Shown here piece by piece: positions 50,989 to 64,000 of a stretch of DNA of 64,000 nucleotides (position 1 is its first letter; every line of letters begins with the position of its first letter). This stretch comes from Epiperipatus broadwayi (lineage: Eukaryota > Animalia > Onychophora), in contig JAQFVV010000010.1 in assembly GCA_028023455.1 (NCBI GenBank), positions 17,360,001 to 17,424,000 of the forward strand, written 5' to 3'. The notes under the pieces are model-generated. The model worked only from the letters and a program-made list of their open reading frames with translations. It was not told the origin of the DNA and ran no database searches. Made by a program: the position numbers and the translations under genes.

Positions 50989-52739
50989 AGATCGTAGATC
51001 TTTTTCACAAGTCTTTGGTCATATGTTTATGATTACATCCCCTCACAAGATGTTAAAAGTAAATAGAAACCAGTCCCTACCTTGCATGAGAGTGGTATAA
51101 ATTAAAATTATACTACAGAAATATTATTCATTATTGGATAATCTCCAGTCTAATGAATGATTAATAAAAAGTATTAATAAACTTCCTTACATTATTCATT
51201 TAGATCTTATGTCATCTATGATGGAGAAAAGAAAGCTAAGGGGGAGTTTAAAGCAATTTTGCATTGTCCATCCACATCATGGCTGCCAAATTACTTGGTT
51301 CATATGAAGTAGCAATGCCTTTTTTTATTTTTATGAAGTAAAAATAAAACAACCATCAGGTGCCTAGGAATCCAAATAAATAATAAATATCAAATTAAAC
51401 GATTTGATGGTTCAAAGCCAAGTTTATTTTTATTTAGATTGTTTTATTTGCAATTTGTATTGAATGTAGCTGATAATTATTGTTTTCATAAAAGTGGACA
51501 AAATTTATAATTGACCATTCTCCCTACCCCTCACTTTTTCAAAACCAAATAAGAAAGAAATTTAAAAATTTTTAAGACAAATAATAAGAATAAAAAATCC
51601 AAACAAACTGAACTGACAATTACAATAAGAAGAGATTGTTTTAAATTATACATAAATTAATTTGTAAGTCAATATTGGATACAATTACAAGAAATCAAAA
51701 TAAACATTGAAAACTTACACTTTTTCTTATCCCCTCCCCCTTATACTTTTTCAAAACTAGAATTTTACAAAAAATCCTTTCCATAAAAAGTAATGAGATT
51801 TTAGATTACATATTGATTTATAAATTATATAGTAATATGACAGTAAATACCTTTTCCAAATCAAAAGAATCTTAAATTTATGATTAATCATCCCATTACT
51901 ATTTCTTGATGTAGAAACAGTGTTTATCTTTCAAAAGCAACCTTTATTAATCAAAAGATTACAGATTATTTTGGGTCTACTTTCCCGTTACAGATTAGAA
52001 AGCATTTAATTTTATAAATATAACATTATTCATTTGATTATAATAGGCTATACATTACATAATAATTATATCTATATAAGTGTATTCAATCATATTTAAT
52101 ATTTACTTGTGCATCGATCAATATGATCTAGCCTCCGATGAGCATCTAGAAGACCCATGATTGCCACACCTTGGAGCCCCCCCCCCAAGCGAATAGCAGC
52201 CATTCAGCATTTCGCCAACTACCACAACAGTCAATGAGGTCCAAGCCCCAATAACCCTGTCCAAGTTCAGTCCCACCAAAACTTATGCACTTTCATGTAA
52301 TAATCACATAATTAAGCAGGGCAATATATTTTGCCATGAGTTATACCTAGTCATAACATACACAAAATGAAAATCATAATACCCTTAATGTAACTATTTT
52401 ATACAGTGTTTAATGATTCAACTAAATATAAAATTGAATGTAGATATCCAAATCCATCAGTATCTTATTTTTATATTGAAGCAATTGATGTCTAATCATC
52501 ATCGATGATTCATGTTTCACCATCTATACTAACCTCCTAGGGGTCCACAATTCTGACCTTGCTATAAATATATGCTATTCACCCACACACTGTATGCCGA
52601 ATCATTGGTAAACTTAATTTTGTTTAGTAAAAGTAAAACAGTAGTGTGCGTGATGCGTATATATATGAATGAAGCAATAATGGTATTAATGTTTATTGCT
52701 GACAACTAAACATTTTTTTTATATAATTGTAAATTTTTT

Positions 52740-54500
52740 TGTTATATCTATATGTATTTTGATTTAAACTATTTAATATGACAACAAAGAAGAATGGGGG
52801 AGGCTCAAAGTGCTAAAATAATCTTTGTTTACATTCAGCTTGTTGCCTTTAATTAAAATTGTCAATCGCAGTTAAGATCGAAAACAAATCGTTTATCAGT
52901 TGTTGTTGAATGATTTAAAATAGCTAAAAATGGTATTTCGAGCCTTACCTGTATAAAAACATGTTAATTAAAAGTTCTTTGTAAGGGGATTATAGAGATA
53001 GTGTATAAAAAGAGCCCATAAGACCTTTTAAAGGCAGTCGGTGATTTTCACTTGATAAGTTAGTTACTTGATAAATCAGTTAGTTACTTTCAGTTTTTAG
53101 TTGAGTTCAGATGAGTTTTTAGTCACTTGAGTTTAATTACTTTTAAGAAGCCAACACAAGTTCTGCGTGATGAAGCGTGAGTAATGGAGCCGTCCACCTT
53201 TCTTTTCCTCTCGGAGGACTGTTTACCAGCCATCAAAATTCCATCTGACTAACCATATGAGATGATGTAGAATAGCCTGCCTGCCTGCCGCTATGCTGAT
53301 ATATTAGGTAAAATCATGTAATTTAGAGCTGCCTTAATACGAACATTCACGGGTGATTTATAATTTGTAGCTAAATTAATTCATAGATCCATTTATGATA
53401 TTTTTCTAGTTTTGCTCGTAATCTCTCTCTCTATAATCCTTTATTAATACTTATGTAATTCTAAATATACGTTGCTTTCACAATTAATTTTTGTTTATAT
53501 AACGTTATGCGGCTTAGTTAAATGTATACTACTTATTTTGTTTAATATATATATATTATTTTCTCTAATATGTCAGTATCAATCAATCTCGTGATTTTAA
53601 TTAAATTCATTAGTAAAATTATATTCATTTGTTTATTTAAAATAGAAATCGTTCGCTAAGTTGGTTGTATACCTAAAAGTATTTTATTGTGGATGCTTAT
53701 TTTATTTTGTTGTTTAGTTGCCTTTATAAAAGATTGCGACACCTAATATAAAATTCCACCTTTTCTTACCATTGCCTGGAGGGCTAATTCTTTAGTTAAT
53801 ACGTATATGGGAATCAAATCTTAAATGTAAATTTTATTAGTTTAATGATGTAAACAGAGTTATTATTTTATTACAATTGGTTAAATGACTCAGAATTGAA
53901 AACAGATTATTGTGCAAGAGATTAGCCCTTTCCAAACTTGAAGTAATAATATAAAATTATATAAACGTTGCTGGCATACCTTTTCTTTATTCTGATATTT
54001 TATCTTTTCCATTTCTTGATTGTTTTGTTATTGGGGACATTGAAATCGTGAAGCTCCCGTCCTACTTTTCAAAATCGTTCATAATCAGAGACACTACTCT
54101 CTGTGGAACGTAAGGTTTATGAGGATTATGTGCTGCGGATGGCAGTACATAATGATCTGGGATCTCAAACTCAGCCTCTCCTTCGATATCACTCTGCCAG
54201 AATATGCGCGGACATATCAAATCTAAGTTCGTCTCAAGTATTCTTTTAAAATGATAAATATCCACAATCGCCATGAGGCTTTATTTCGTTATCGTATGCT
54301 AGTACTGTTACTCTTGTCGTTAATTTGATCCCGTACGCCTAACCTTTAGTAAGTCGCAATGATGTGTTAAAGATAATGATTCATTTCATAAAAATATGTT
54401 CAGTTCAGAGTTAAAAAGCTTTCTTTGAAAAAACCGTTATCGATCCCATAGACATAGACAAAAGTAAATTGTTTATTATATCATGTAATCTCATAAATAA
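52740..54500. other. CpG-retaining island: possible LTR-like sequence and/or promoter with a short ORF
   Basis: agttagttac repeats (53059-53088), higher GC and CpG at 53150-53310 and 54050-54360. No termini found. Confidence 0.3.
54062..54274 (-). CDS. 70-aa ORF of unknown identity (possible exon or TE-derived)
   Basis: ATG start, balanced composition (MAIVDIYHFKRILETNLDLICPRIFWQSDIEGEAEFEIPDHY…), and a possible donor AA|GTAGGA near the end. No family recognised. Confidence 0.3.
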   Translation of the reverse strand: MAIVDIYHFKRILETNLDLICPRIFWQSDIEGEAEFEIPDHYVLPSAAHNPHKPYVPQRVVSLIMNDFEK

Positions 54501-55946
54501 AGTGCATTGTTTGTTTCTTATTTCTAAAAGATGTCTTTGCCAAACAATGCGAATAAAAATATAAATAATGTTCTCCTAAGAAATACATGATTGAAATCAT
54601 ATATTTTGCCCATTATTAAATAAATCATTTACTGTTAAAACTGTCACGATCTTTTATATTTATTTTCGGCATCCACAATGCTCCGTAGCAAAAGTTTTCT
54701 TTAATTAGCTTATTAACTCCGCATAAGTTATAAAACACTATAAAATTGTATCTGTAAAATTATATTTATTAAATGAATGATAGAGGGGATTTTATACAAC
54801 AAATTCCAAGTCTTGTAAATAAACAATATTGTCCCAAGCGTGAAACTAGTTGGTAAAATATACAAACGTTTTTTTAATCTTTTGTAATATATATATGCGT
54901 TTGCTTAATATTTATTAAAAATATCTATTTCATGTAAATCCTGGTTTGTTTTTTGATTATTAGTTTCGAGTTAATATTTAGAACTATTTTCTTTAGCTAA
55001 GAGCTTAGCATTAATAAAACTATAATAAATGTATTCCGTGGGCTACTCCGACCTCGATCATCATCATCAGTCTGATCTTATGCTCTACTGCTTTGCTTCT
55101 GGGCATGGATTTAAAATAATTTTACTGTGTCATCAGAATTGTTGTTCATTGGGTCAGAGATTCGAAGAATAGGCAAATAGGTTAGAATTCAGGATTGCTC
55201 CAGACCTGTGTATCTCGAGCATGATCGGATTTGAGGTACTTTTGCTTAGGATTTGAATCTTGTTAAGTGAGCATACTATTTTGACCAGTACAATATATGT
55301 TTGGGTTTTGTAAAAAAAAAATTTGTTATGTAACAACCTGAAATATATATTATATTCAAATTAAGCCTTTTTTTAATCATCATGCTGACTCAAAAATTTT
55401 AATATTATTAGCAAAATAATCTATAAAATAATAATATAATTTATGAGTTCATAATCATTTTTTTATATATGTATATATTATATTTTCTCTGAAATAATTT
55501 CAGCCAATACAATCAATTATTGTTGATTTTGGATGACAGATAAAATAGTAATATAATGAATAATTTTTAAGAATGGATTTAACTCTCAAAAGTAAACTTG
55601 GGTTGGACCTATTTATATTTTATTTGTTGAAATTAATTGTCAATAAAGTTATTTAAATCTAAAATTTTCCTCTTTGTGAACACTTAATATAAAATTTATA
55701 TAACTTGTAATAAATAATAGAATGATATATTGCTTGGAAGTTCATAAGAAGTTAGAGCACTGGAAATGACAGTACTGTGACCCAAAGACCTTGAGTTCCA
55801 GAATCTTCGCTCTTTCACTGTACTAAGCCTATGGAACAGTTTTTAATAGCTTATGCACATACTAATGAAAATTATTTTAATTTCCAATCCTGAATAATTC
55901 CCAAAATTGTTTACACCAAATAATTAAAGGTACTTAGTATTAGACA

Positions 55947-56105
55947 TGTGTTTGCGATGGCAGAATGCCATATCTTTCTCTAGGGGGGGGGGGAGGATGT
56001 TTGCAATGGCAGAATGCTGCAGTTGTGACATTTTAATAGAACATTCTGCCATCGCAAACACCCTTCCACTGGAGAAAGGTATGGCATTCTGCCATTGTAA
56101 ACACA
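55947..56105. mobile_element. 159-bp palindromic MITE with TGT…ACA ends and a 4-bp TSD (Ginger-like)
   Basis: About 65-bp arms, each with two tgtttgcratggcagaatg units. TSD gaca at 55943-55946 and 56106-56109. Confidence 0.7.
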
Positions 56106-57869
56106 GACAGCAGGTTTAATATGTAAGCAATGTCTCAGTATTATCATTACTTCATATTGTAAGAATAATAATTTTAACATTGAAGGATATTGCATTAAAT
56201 ATCACATTGTCATTAAAGATTTTATTTTTTGACTATTTTTAGCATAAATATGCATTTTTTTTAAGTTTTTTTTTTTTTTGTTACTTTTGAATAGATTTAT
56301 GAATTTCTAATTTAAATATATGTCACCATATCTATGTTGGATTGCTTTTCTTGTAAAGTAGTATAAATATTGGGAAACTCATTGTTTTGACCATATCATA
56401 TTTCTTCAAATGCTTTAATAAAATTGGTGAATAAATTTATTTTTATCTAATAACATATATTTTATTATTTCAGTCGTTATTTCATATACATTTCTAATGC
56501 AAAAAAAAGAGGGAGAGAATGAAAATAATGTAATTCATTGAAATGTAATAAATATAAAATAAATAAATAAAGGTATATGCTGCATCTGTTTTTGAATGTA
56601 GATGTGTGTATGTTTAAAACAATTGCTACAAATTGTAAAATGTATAGAATATTATGGTAAAAATCTAATTATTGATTATCACATCTAGTATTATAGTGGA
56701 GGAAGTTATATCTTGATTGCAATTAAACAGATATAAAAATTTATGTGAAGAAAAAGTTGTTTTTGTCTGTATTGTCTAATTATTTAAACAAAAATCATCT
56801 TTGGTATATCTTTTTATAAGTAGTTTGATCCTGTAGAACTAGTCTATCATCTTTGACAATTAAATTACCATGTGTCTTATTTAGATCATGCAATGTATTA
56901 ATTTTATTATTAAATAGTTAATATTATTTTAATTTACTATTGCCATTTGTTTTCTTGTGTTTGGAACAGACTATTTTCAAATTATGTAGTTTAAGTATTT
57001 GCATAAGAATGAATAAATTTGAACAAATTGTTTTCTTTTAATCCTTTTTTGCACCTGTGTTTATTTGTTTGTACAAAAAAAATATTCAGATACAAATGTT
57101 TCATCTACTCTTAGTGTTTATTTTTTATGTCCATTTATATTTAAAACAATATTAATGGATAATAGAGTTTTAATTTTTATTTCTATCAATTTTTAACAGA
57201 TTAAAGTTAATAAAGTCTCCTAAAAATTGTATATGTCTATCCATTTATCTTGAAAATAATTTGAAAACAAATATGAAAGTATTTCAAATTGTTTTGAGTT
57301 ATAGCTATGAAAAAATAATAACTACTAATTATAAAAAAAACACATTAATTTTAAATTGCAAATTTATGTCTAGTAAGTAATAAAAATAAATTCAAGTCAA
57401 AGAAAACTGAAATTTTTGATTTTTTGGGGAGTAGTGGAAGCTCATGATGAAATGTAATAATTTTTATTTTTATAGTCTATCATGTCACTACATCAGTAAC
57501 ATCTTTTATAATATGTCTGAACATTTGTGATAAGATTTTGTTATTACTTCATCGGACTATTTCCACCATCATTTTGAATTGTTAAATGTTTTTAGAAAAA
57601 TTCAAACTTTTTTTTATATTTTTTCAAGTGCATTCAACTCTAATCATACCCTAACTCTAAGCCTAAATACATAAGTTAGTATAGAATACAATATTTCTAA
57701 TATAATATTTTCCATCTCTTCTTCAGATTTACTGGCTTGACTAAATGACAGTCTTATAGTGATTTGAACAGTAATGAGAGGAAAAGATAGTTATCTATAA
57801 CAGTAGACTGAACATATAACAATGATGTTGGGCAAAGAGGATAAAGTAAAAAAGAAAAGTTGCTAATAG

Positions 57870-59100
57870 GGTACTTATAACGTAATCGGGCTTGGCCACT
57901 TGATGGCTTTCTGACTCGCCAAAACACCCAACAAATGCCGTTTACAAGACCTGACTTACGGCTATAGAAAACATCTATGTTTGTCTTAGCTATTAGAAGG
58001 CCGTTTATGATGCATAATGCAGAAATAATACGGCCTATTTCTGCTTTGCGACAGTTATTGTGAATCCAAACACTTATCTTTCATTTACAGTTTGATATAT
58101 ATGTGTGTTTAGTTGGATTAGTCAAATTTTTACAATATATGTTACACAATATTTGTATTTATAATTTATTTAATAAACATGAATTTGTAGTAATTTTCTA
58201 AATGGCCACACCCTTGGTTAGAGAATGTGTAAGGTATAAAAGCTTGCCGAAGGTAGGTAAAAAAGAATTTGGCCAATATCGCGTGCGAAATCTCGTTTTC
58301 ACGTGAAATACCATGTAGTTGATAAAATGGATGGTGATCAACTTTTTTCGCAATTGCTGACAACAGAAGCCGAGTATTTCTGCTGTACAATAAAAATATA
58401 CACGATTTTTTGTAAATTTCATAGAAAGCACATATTATAAACATGTTTAATAAGTATATAAGACATTTATATATGTTTGTTGAGTTTCTTTCTTTTGTCC
58501 GACTACGGTTACGATTTTGATATCTTTTATTTTAGCATTATAAACAACAGAACACTAACTCTAAAACACTAACTAACCCTAACCCTACACAGTTGTTTTG
58601 TTATGTAGAAAGCAATAATTAAGCGAAAGACATCGCTAAATAGACATTGCAGAGTAGCAGCTTTGTCCAAAAACAGCGATTTAAAATAAAAAAAAGGTTG
58701 TCGTTTACCAATAATTAAGTGAAAGACATCGCTAAATAGATATCGCAAAGCAGCAACTTTGTCCAAAAACCAATTTAAAAATATAAAAAAAAGGTTGTCA
58801 TTTACCAATAATTAAGCGAAAGACATCGCTAAATAGACATCGCAGAGTAGCAGCTTTGTCTAAAAACAGCGATTTAAAAATAAAAAAAGTTGTCGTTTAC
58901 TAAATACAAAATTAAAATTAAACAACTTTTTTAATAAAAAGGCATGAAAAAAAAGTTATAGCAATCAATAAATTAATAACCAAAAAAAAAAAACAGCGAT
59001 TCGATTTAAAAATATAACGCAGCCCTGAACATTGTATTGTATTGTTTTTGACTGCCAACAATGCCATCAAGTGGCCAGGCCCGATTACATTATAATTACC
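57870..59100. mobile_element. Non-autonomous TIR DNA transposon, Merlin-like (1231 bp)
   Basis: 38-bp TIR ggtacttataacgtaatcgggcttggccacttgatggc with 3 mismatches; perfect 8-bp TSD gctaatag (57862-57869, 59101-59108); GGTAM termini. Confidence 0.85.
58614..58900. repeat. Three tandem 96-97-bp units inside the Merlin-like element
   Basis: aataattaag.gaaagacatcgctaaataga at 58614, 58710 and 58807. Confidence 0.95.
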
Positions 59101-61429
59101 GCTAATAGTAAATAATTTCTTAAGTCAATCTAGTATAATAATTTTATATTGTTGGAAAACATAGTCATCAATCCTTATCTGTAAAAAAAATGGAAAAATC
59201 AAAAAGTCTTTTATAAATAAATTTATAAAATGTCTACTGACTGTCGCCTTTGGCAGAATAGCCTAGTTGATTAGAGCATTACTTTGATTCAATCTCCATG
59301 ACAAACTTTTATTACATCAAGCCAGAAACACTTAAAGAAGAGAAGAAAAAATGCCATTTAAAACATTGTGTTTTCTGCTAACTTGTGAATTATTACTAAG
59401 TATAACTTTTTCTAAAACCATTAAAAATTAATTTAGATTATGGAAATAATACAACTTTGTAACTACAGTATATTGAACTGGGTCCCGCTGAATAATCTTA
59501 TTCTTGCTGGATTTAAATATCTTTTGTAATAACTTTTGGAATCTAAACTTTAATAAGTTTTATTATCAAGCTCAATACATAGCTTCATGGTAATTATTAT
59601 TTTATATCTTTAATATTATGGGAACAGACTAGCCATTTAAGCAGAGGGGAGAATACCATTGCTAGCATAACCATCTATGGCCATATCAGGCTGTGCAAAG
59701 TATAATATGGTCACATTTCCAGACCCCTTGACTGCTGGATTCAAATCCTGCCATCCCGAAGCATTTTATTTGTTTTGAGGATTAAACTCAGGTGCCAGCT
59801 GACCATATTATATAGCTAGCATGCTAAGGATGACAGGCACACAATCTAGTGCTTGAAATATCCCAAGCTAGCTCATACTCTTAAATCAAGGTCCAGCTCA
59901 TTCATTTAACACATAAAAAATAACCACACACTTAAATTACTGGTGACGTAGTGATGAGAGAGAGAATAGACCGAATAATAATTAAGCAAACATTATTATT
60001 TATTCAAGCATATACATTTGTAATATAAAAACATTGAAATTTACATATAGAATCATATAAATAATTACTCAGGCTAAATTTAATAATAGTCCTTTGTTAA
60101 TTAAAGTTCATTTTATTTAAAATAAAGTGTCTATAAACAGTGATCAAAATAAATTTACCCTCAATTTCAAACCGGTTGGCTTTTTGATCTCCATTGATGG
60201 TTCCAGCGCTTGCTTTCCATTCTACAACTTGACATTGAGGGGAGAGTAATGGTAGCTTCTATTTTATGATTTCAGCATTGATTCTGGGTGTTGGGACCAA
60301 GCAAAGACAGTTAACTTTAGCAGAGGACCCTGGGGACCTGAAGCTCAATCAAATATGCATGTTGTTAATTCTGCAGCTTCTGCAATGATATTCGCCACAG
60401 CAGTAATGAATGGTTCTATTTGTCCTTATATTTCTAGCGCAATGAAAAACATAATCAGTCACAAAATGAAGACCAGACTGAATTACAGATTGAAGACCAG
60501 AGTAATTCAATTATAAATGAAGGTTGAAACTGAATAATAATAGCAACTGTGACTTTTTACATTTCTCTCTCATTGTTTTAATTCCTTATCATTATTTTCA
60601 ATTTTGATCGTAACTTGAATCTGTTTTTTTTTTTAATTTTTACATTTTGTTAATCTAATTGATCTTTACATTGCATGTTATCTAATCTTTTTTTAGATTA
60701 ATCTACTATCACTTTTATTAGATAGTTTACATTTTTTAATTAATTCTTTCAGTAATCTTTTAAACTAATTGCATTTTCGAAAGTTTTCACTAACATTTAT
60801 TTTTTTTACTTATTTATGTTTTTAACGTATTTTTACTTTATAAAAGGAGTTTTCTTTAAAAAAGGAGAGAGTTTTAAAATCTTTTTCTAGATTTGTCCCC
60901 CACCCTGATTTTAATAAAAGCTTTATTCCCTTCATATAACCTTCTATTTTTTGGCTTTAACACTGTGTTTTAAAACTACTTAAATAATTGTGTCTTTAAC
61001 TATTCTTTCTTTTTTAATAAATTTGATCATAATTGGTTTTAAAATTATGAAAGTAGGTTTTATAACATATATCTCTCCTGGCATTACAATATATTATGTG
61101 TGTGTATATTGTAACGTTTATTTATATACGTTGCAAATATATTGGCATTTGGTAGAAGCTAAAAAATAAAAGTAAATTTAGATTTTTTTTTGACTAATTT
61201 TTTTTTTTTAAAAATAACGTACAATGAAAGTTAAATTATTCTTTCGGGTTTTTTTTTATGTAATTAGAAATAAAAGTTAGAATTGGAGAGAACAAAAGAC
61301 ACAAATTACCAATCTAGATAAGAGAAAGTAAAAATATTTCAACTAATTAAAGATGGCAGAATTATGCTGAAAAAAATAGAGACTTTGTAACATAAATTTT
61401 ATAAAGAATATATAAGATTATCAACAGAT

Positions 61430-61590
61430 ATTTGGACAAACAAAAGATATGCTCAGAAGTTGGAAAACTGGGCCTCTAGAGAGTATAAAAGGCAGAGATC
61501 AGTTTGAAGGACATCTTGTTCGTTGGTTTCTCTAGTTGGTCTTGGATAACAATAATATATCCAAGATCGCTCTATGCTGAAGTAATTCGG
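61430..61590 (+). mobile_element. RTE-like LINE 3' relic
   Basis: RYAQKLENWASREYKRQRS…IQDRS resembles R...L.W.PR..KR.RG…QDR..W. Confidence 0.45.
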
Positions 61591-64000
61591 CATGTCGGAG
61601 TGAACCGGAGCTTCTGAAAACATCGTGCCTGAAGATGTATACCAGAAAAGCTTTCGTGACCGACTAGGAGAATGGACCACAAGATCAAATAATAACCAAA
61701 AGGCCGAGCTCATTCTACCCAAAAAACTATGCATAGTTATCTACTACTGAATTCCCAAAACTTACCGGTAAGTAATGCTTCATTACTCCTGATTGTGACA
61801 ACATTAAGCATTTGCAAACAAGTCTAAAAATAATCCCGATAGAGACTTTCATTTTATCTGTACAAGAGACTTTTGTTTATACAGAACTTTTTAATTAATT
61901 ATTTTATTTTATTGATTGCATCCTATTTGAATTAATATGTGTTCTCTCTAATTTACTTGATAAGTAATTTATTTCAAGTATTTTTTTTTCTATTAGAATA
62001 AAAATATTTCTAATACCAATTTTCATTTGTGCGTTATTAATAATAGTTATTATTTTTTATTATTAAATCTATTAGTAGTTTAATAAGATTTAAAAAATGT
62101 AATTTACCTTTGCCAATATGTTTGAATAAGCCCAGGAATAATAATCTTAAAAAATTAATTCTCGTTACGGTATGATGTAATACCGATTAGTTTAAAAGTA
62201 TTTTTTTTTATTTGTGAGATGTTATATGACGATTTCAGCGAATTCTTAGGAATTCTGGCGCCCAGATTAAATAAATTAAAAACTGATTTCGTCAATAGCA
62301 CAATTCTCAACCATTAATAGGCCGAGTTGATCAGGAAATATAGCTATGTTTTTAGAATAGAAATATAACTTTCTTCTTTTTTGACATAGCTTGATCAACT
62401 CACGCGGAGTTTATATTAGCGTGTAGAGGCCTAGCAAAACGAAAAACGTTATAATATATACTGGAAAGAATATTGATTCCATAAAAAAAAGTCTTATTAA
62501 AAATTGTAATCATTCAGTTGTAGAGTTTAAAAATTAAAATAAATAAAGATTATTTATCTAAAACGTTAGGAATTATTTTTATTTCCTATGTTAATAATCT
62601 ATTTTTAGATGCAAGCAAGTATATAAAATAATATAATTGTACAAACTGTAAAAGTATGTAATTTAATATAATAAACTTCTTAAATTATGAAAAGTATTTA
62701 ATGAAAAATTTTTTACTACTATGACTACCTTCATGACTTTATTAACTATTAGCCAAACTGAAATCACATATTGATTTTATTATTGTCATTTAAGCTATTT
62801 TTAAACAAATATTTTAACTAGAGAATTGTAAGTGAAAAAATAGACTTCTTAATTGATATATCACAAATTATTAGAATAGTTTCTAAGAGTTTTACGAATA
62901 TTAACATATATAAAGTAAATTAAAAAATATTGTTTGTATATGCTTAGATTCATGAAAAATTAAATGATATTCAAGTTCTAAAATACAAATCATAATCCTT
63001 TCATTTTATATGAATTTAGTTGTGTTAGAAATGACAATTTATTAATATCTTCAAAACAGTATAAGCTCTGACCTGGGTTTCAACAATGTTTTGCATTTGT
63101 TTCCTTTTCATATAACTATAATTGTATCTTTTTATTCCTTTTTCTTTCTAGTTTCTTTCAAATAGTTCTACATAAGCATATCTTCTATGATAATAATAAT
63201 ATACTTTGTTATTCAATTAACTATAATAAAAATAATATCTAAATAATCTTAAGGATCATATGCCAAATAAGCAATATTTTAAATTATTAATTTCTGTGGA
63301 TCATGCATGTAGAATGAAAGATCAAGTAAACAACACGCAGATAAATCACATGACTTAATGTAGATTCAAAAACAGTTAACAAATTTATTTTTAAATTAAC
63401 AATAGATTTATAACATAATATAATAAAAAATATTTACAAAAATTAATAAGAATTAACATTATTTAGCATAAAAATATTTACAATAAATCTGATCCATAAA
63501 TACAAGAAATAAAAATAACCTTTACTCTGGCCATTTCAAAACAAAATAAAATGAAACAACAGTAATGATAATATGTAATTTCCATTCAGTAAAATAGTAT
63601 TCTATTATTTGTATTGAGAATAGAATAAATTTCCCAATTTTTAAAAAAAAAAATATTTTATTTATTCTGCTATAAAATATATTTCTTATGATATAAGCAC
63701 ATCAATGCAAATTTATATTTAAAAATACATTTTTTAAAGTCCAAATAAAATATTAAAAGAAAAATTATTAAAAAAAACTTTCTTTGCCATTTGGCAAAGT
63801 ATAATTCTAATATTTGGATATCAGATAATTTTAATAAAACAAATATCTCCCTTTATAAAATTAATTAAAAATAAATCCTAGATGTTAAAATTAATTAACT
63901 GCTATGCAAAAAATATTCAAGAGAAAATTTTTGTAACTTAACTAGGTTTATATTATTTATAATAAAATCTAAGGGATTATCCATAAGTTATATTTCTTGA

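Noticed and set aside
58573-58586. taaccctaaccct telomere-like repeat
   Set aside because: Only two units, inside a MITE; not a telomere or interstitial telomeric array.
59266-59290. tagcctagttgattagagcatt tRNA A-box-like fragment (and a B-box-like ggattcaaatcc at 59737)
   Set aside because: The boxes are about 460 bp apart and no cloverleaf forms; at most SINE debris.
61622-61660. CUGAAGA-UG(UAUAC)CA-GAAAAGCUUUC hammerhead-like string
   Set aside because: Only a 2-bp stem II and a weak 3-bp stem I with two G-U pairs; compatible with chance.

Overview
AT-rich (roughly one quarter G+C by eye), CpG-depleted eukaryotic non-coding DNA, probably animal intron or intergenic sequence. No intact host protein-coding gene, rRNA or CRISPR array can be supported, and most entries in the ORF track are compositional noise. 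The window is a transposon graveyard. It holds a near full-length but broken L1/Tx1-clade LINE (about 34.5-38.1 kb, minus strand), Penelope-like RT/GIY-YIG relics and many RTE-type LINE fragments. It also holds two related ~1.23 kb Merlin-like non-autonomous DNA transposons with 8-bp TSDs, a 900-bp TA-flanked Tc1/mariner-type MITE, a 159-bp Ginger-like palindrome, a probable solo LTR, and a tRNA-like retrocopy with a 17-bp TSD. The most interesting signal is a repeat family with a ~430-450 bp unit that carries a full type I hammerhead ribozyme fold. The fold has a bulged stem I, a palindromic ACUAGU stem III and an unusual purine-A pair at the base of stem II. The family occurs as a head-to-head tandem cluster at 39.2-40.5 kb plus a dispersed copy at 48.4 kb, and resembles a SINE-like or retrozyme element. 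Three further, unrelated hammerhead relics lie at 21.7, 34.4 and 50.95 kb. All protein and family calls come from motif recognition by eye, not database searches.
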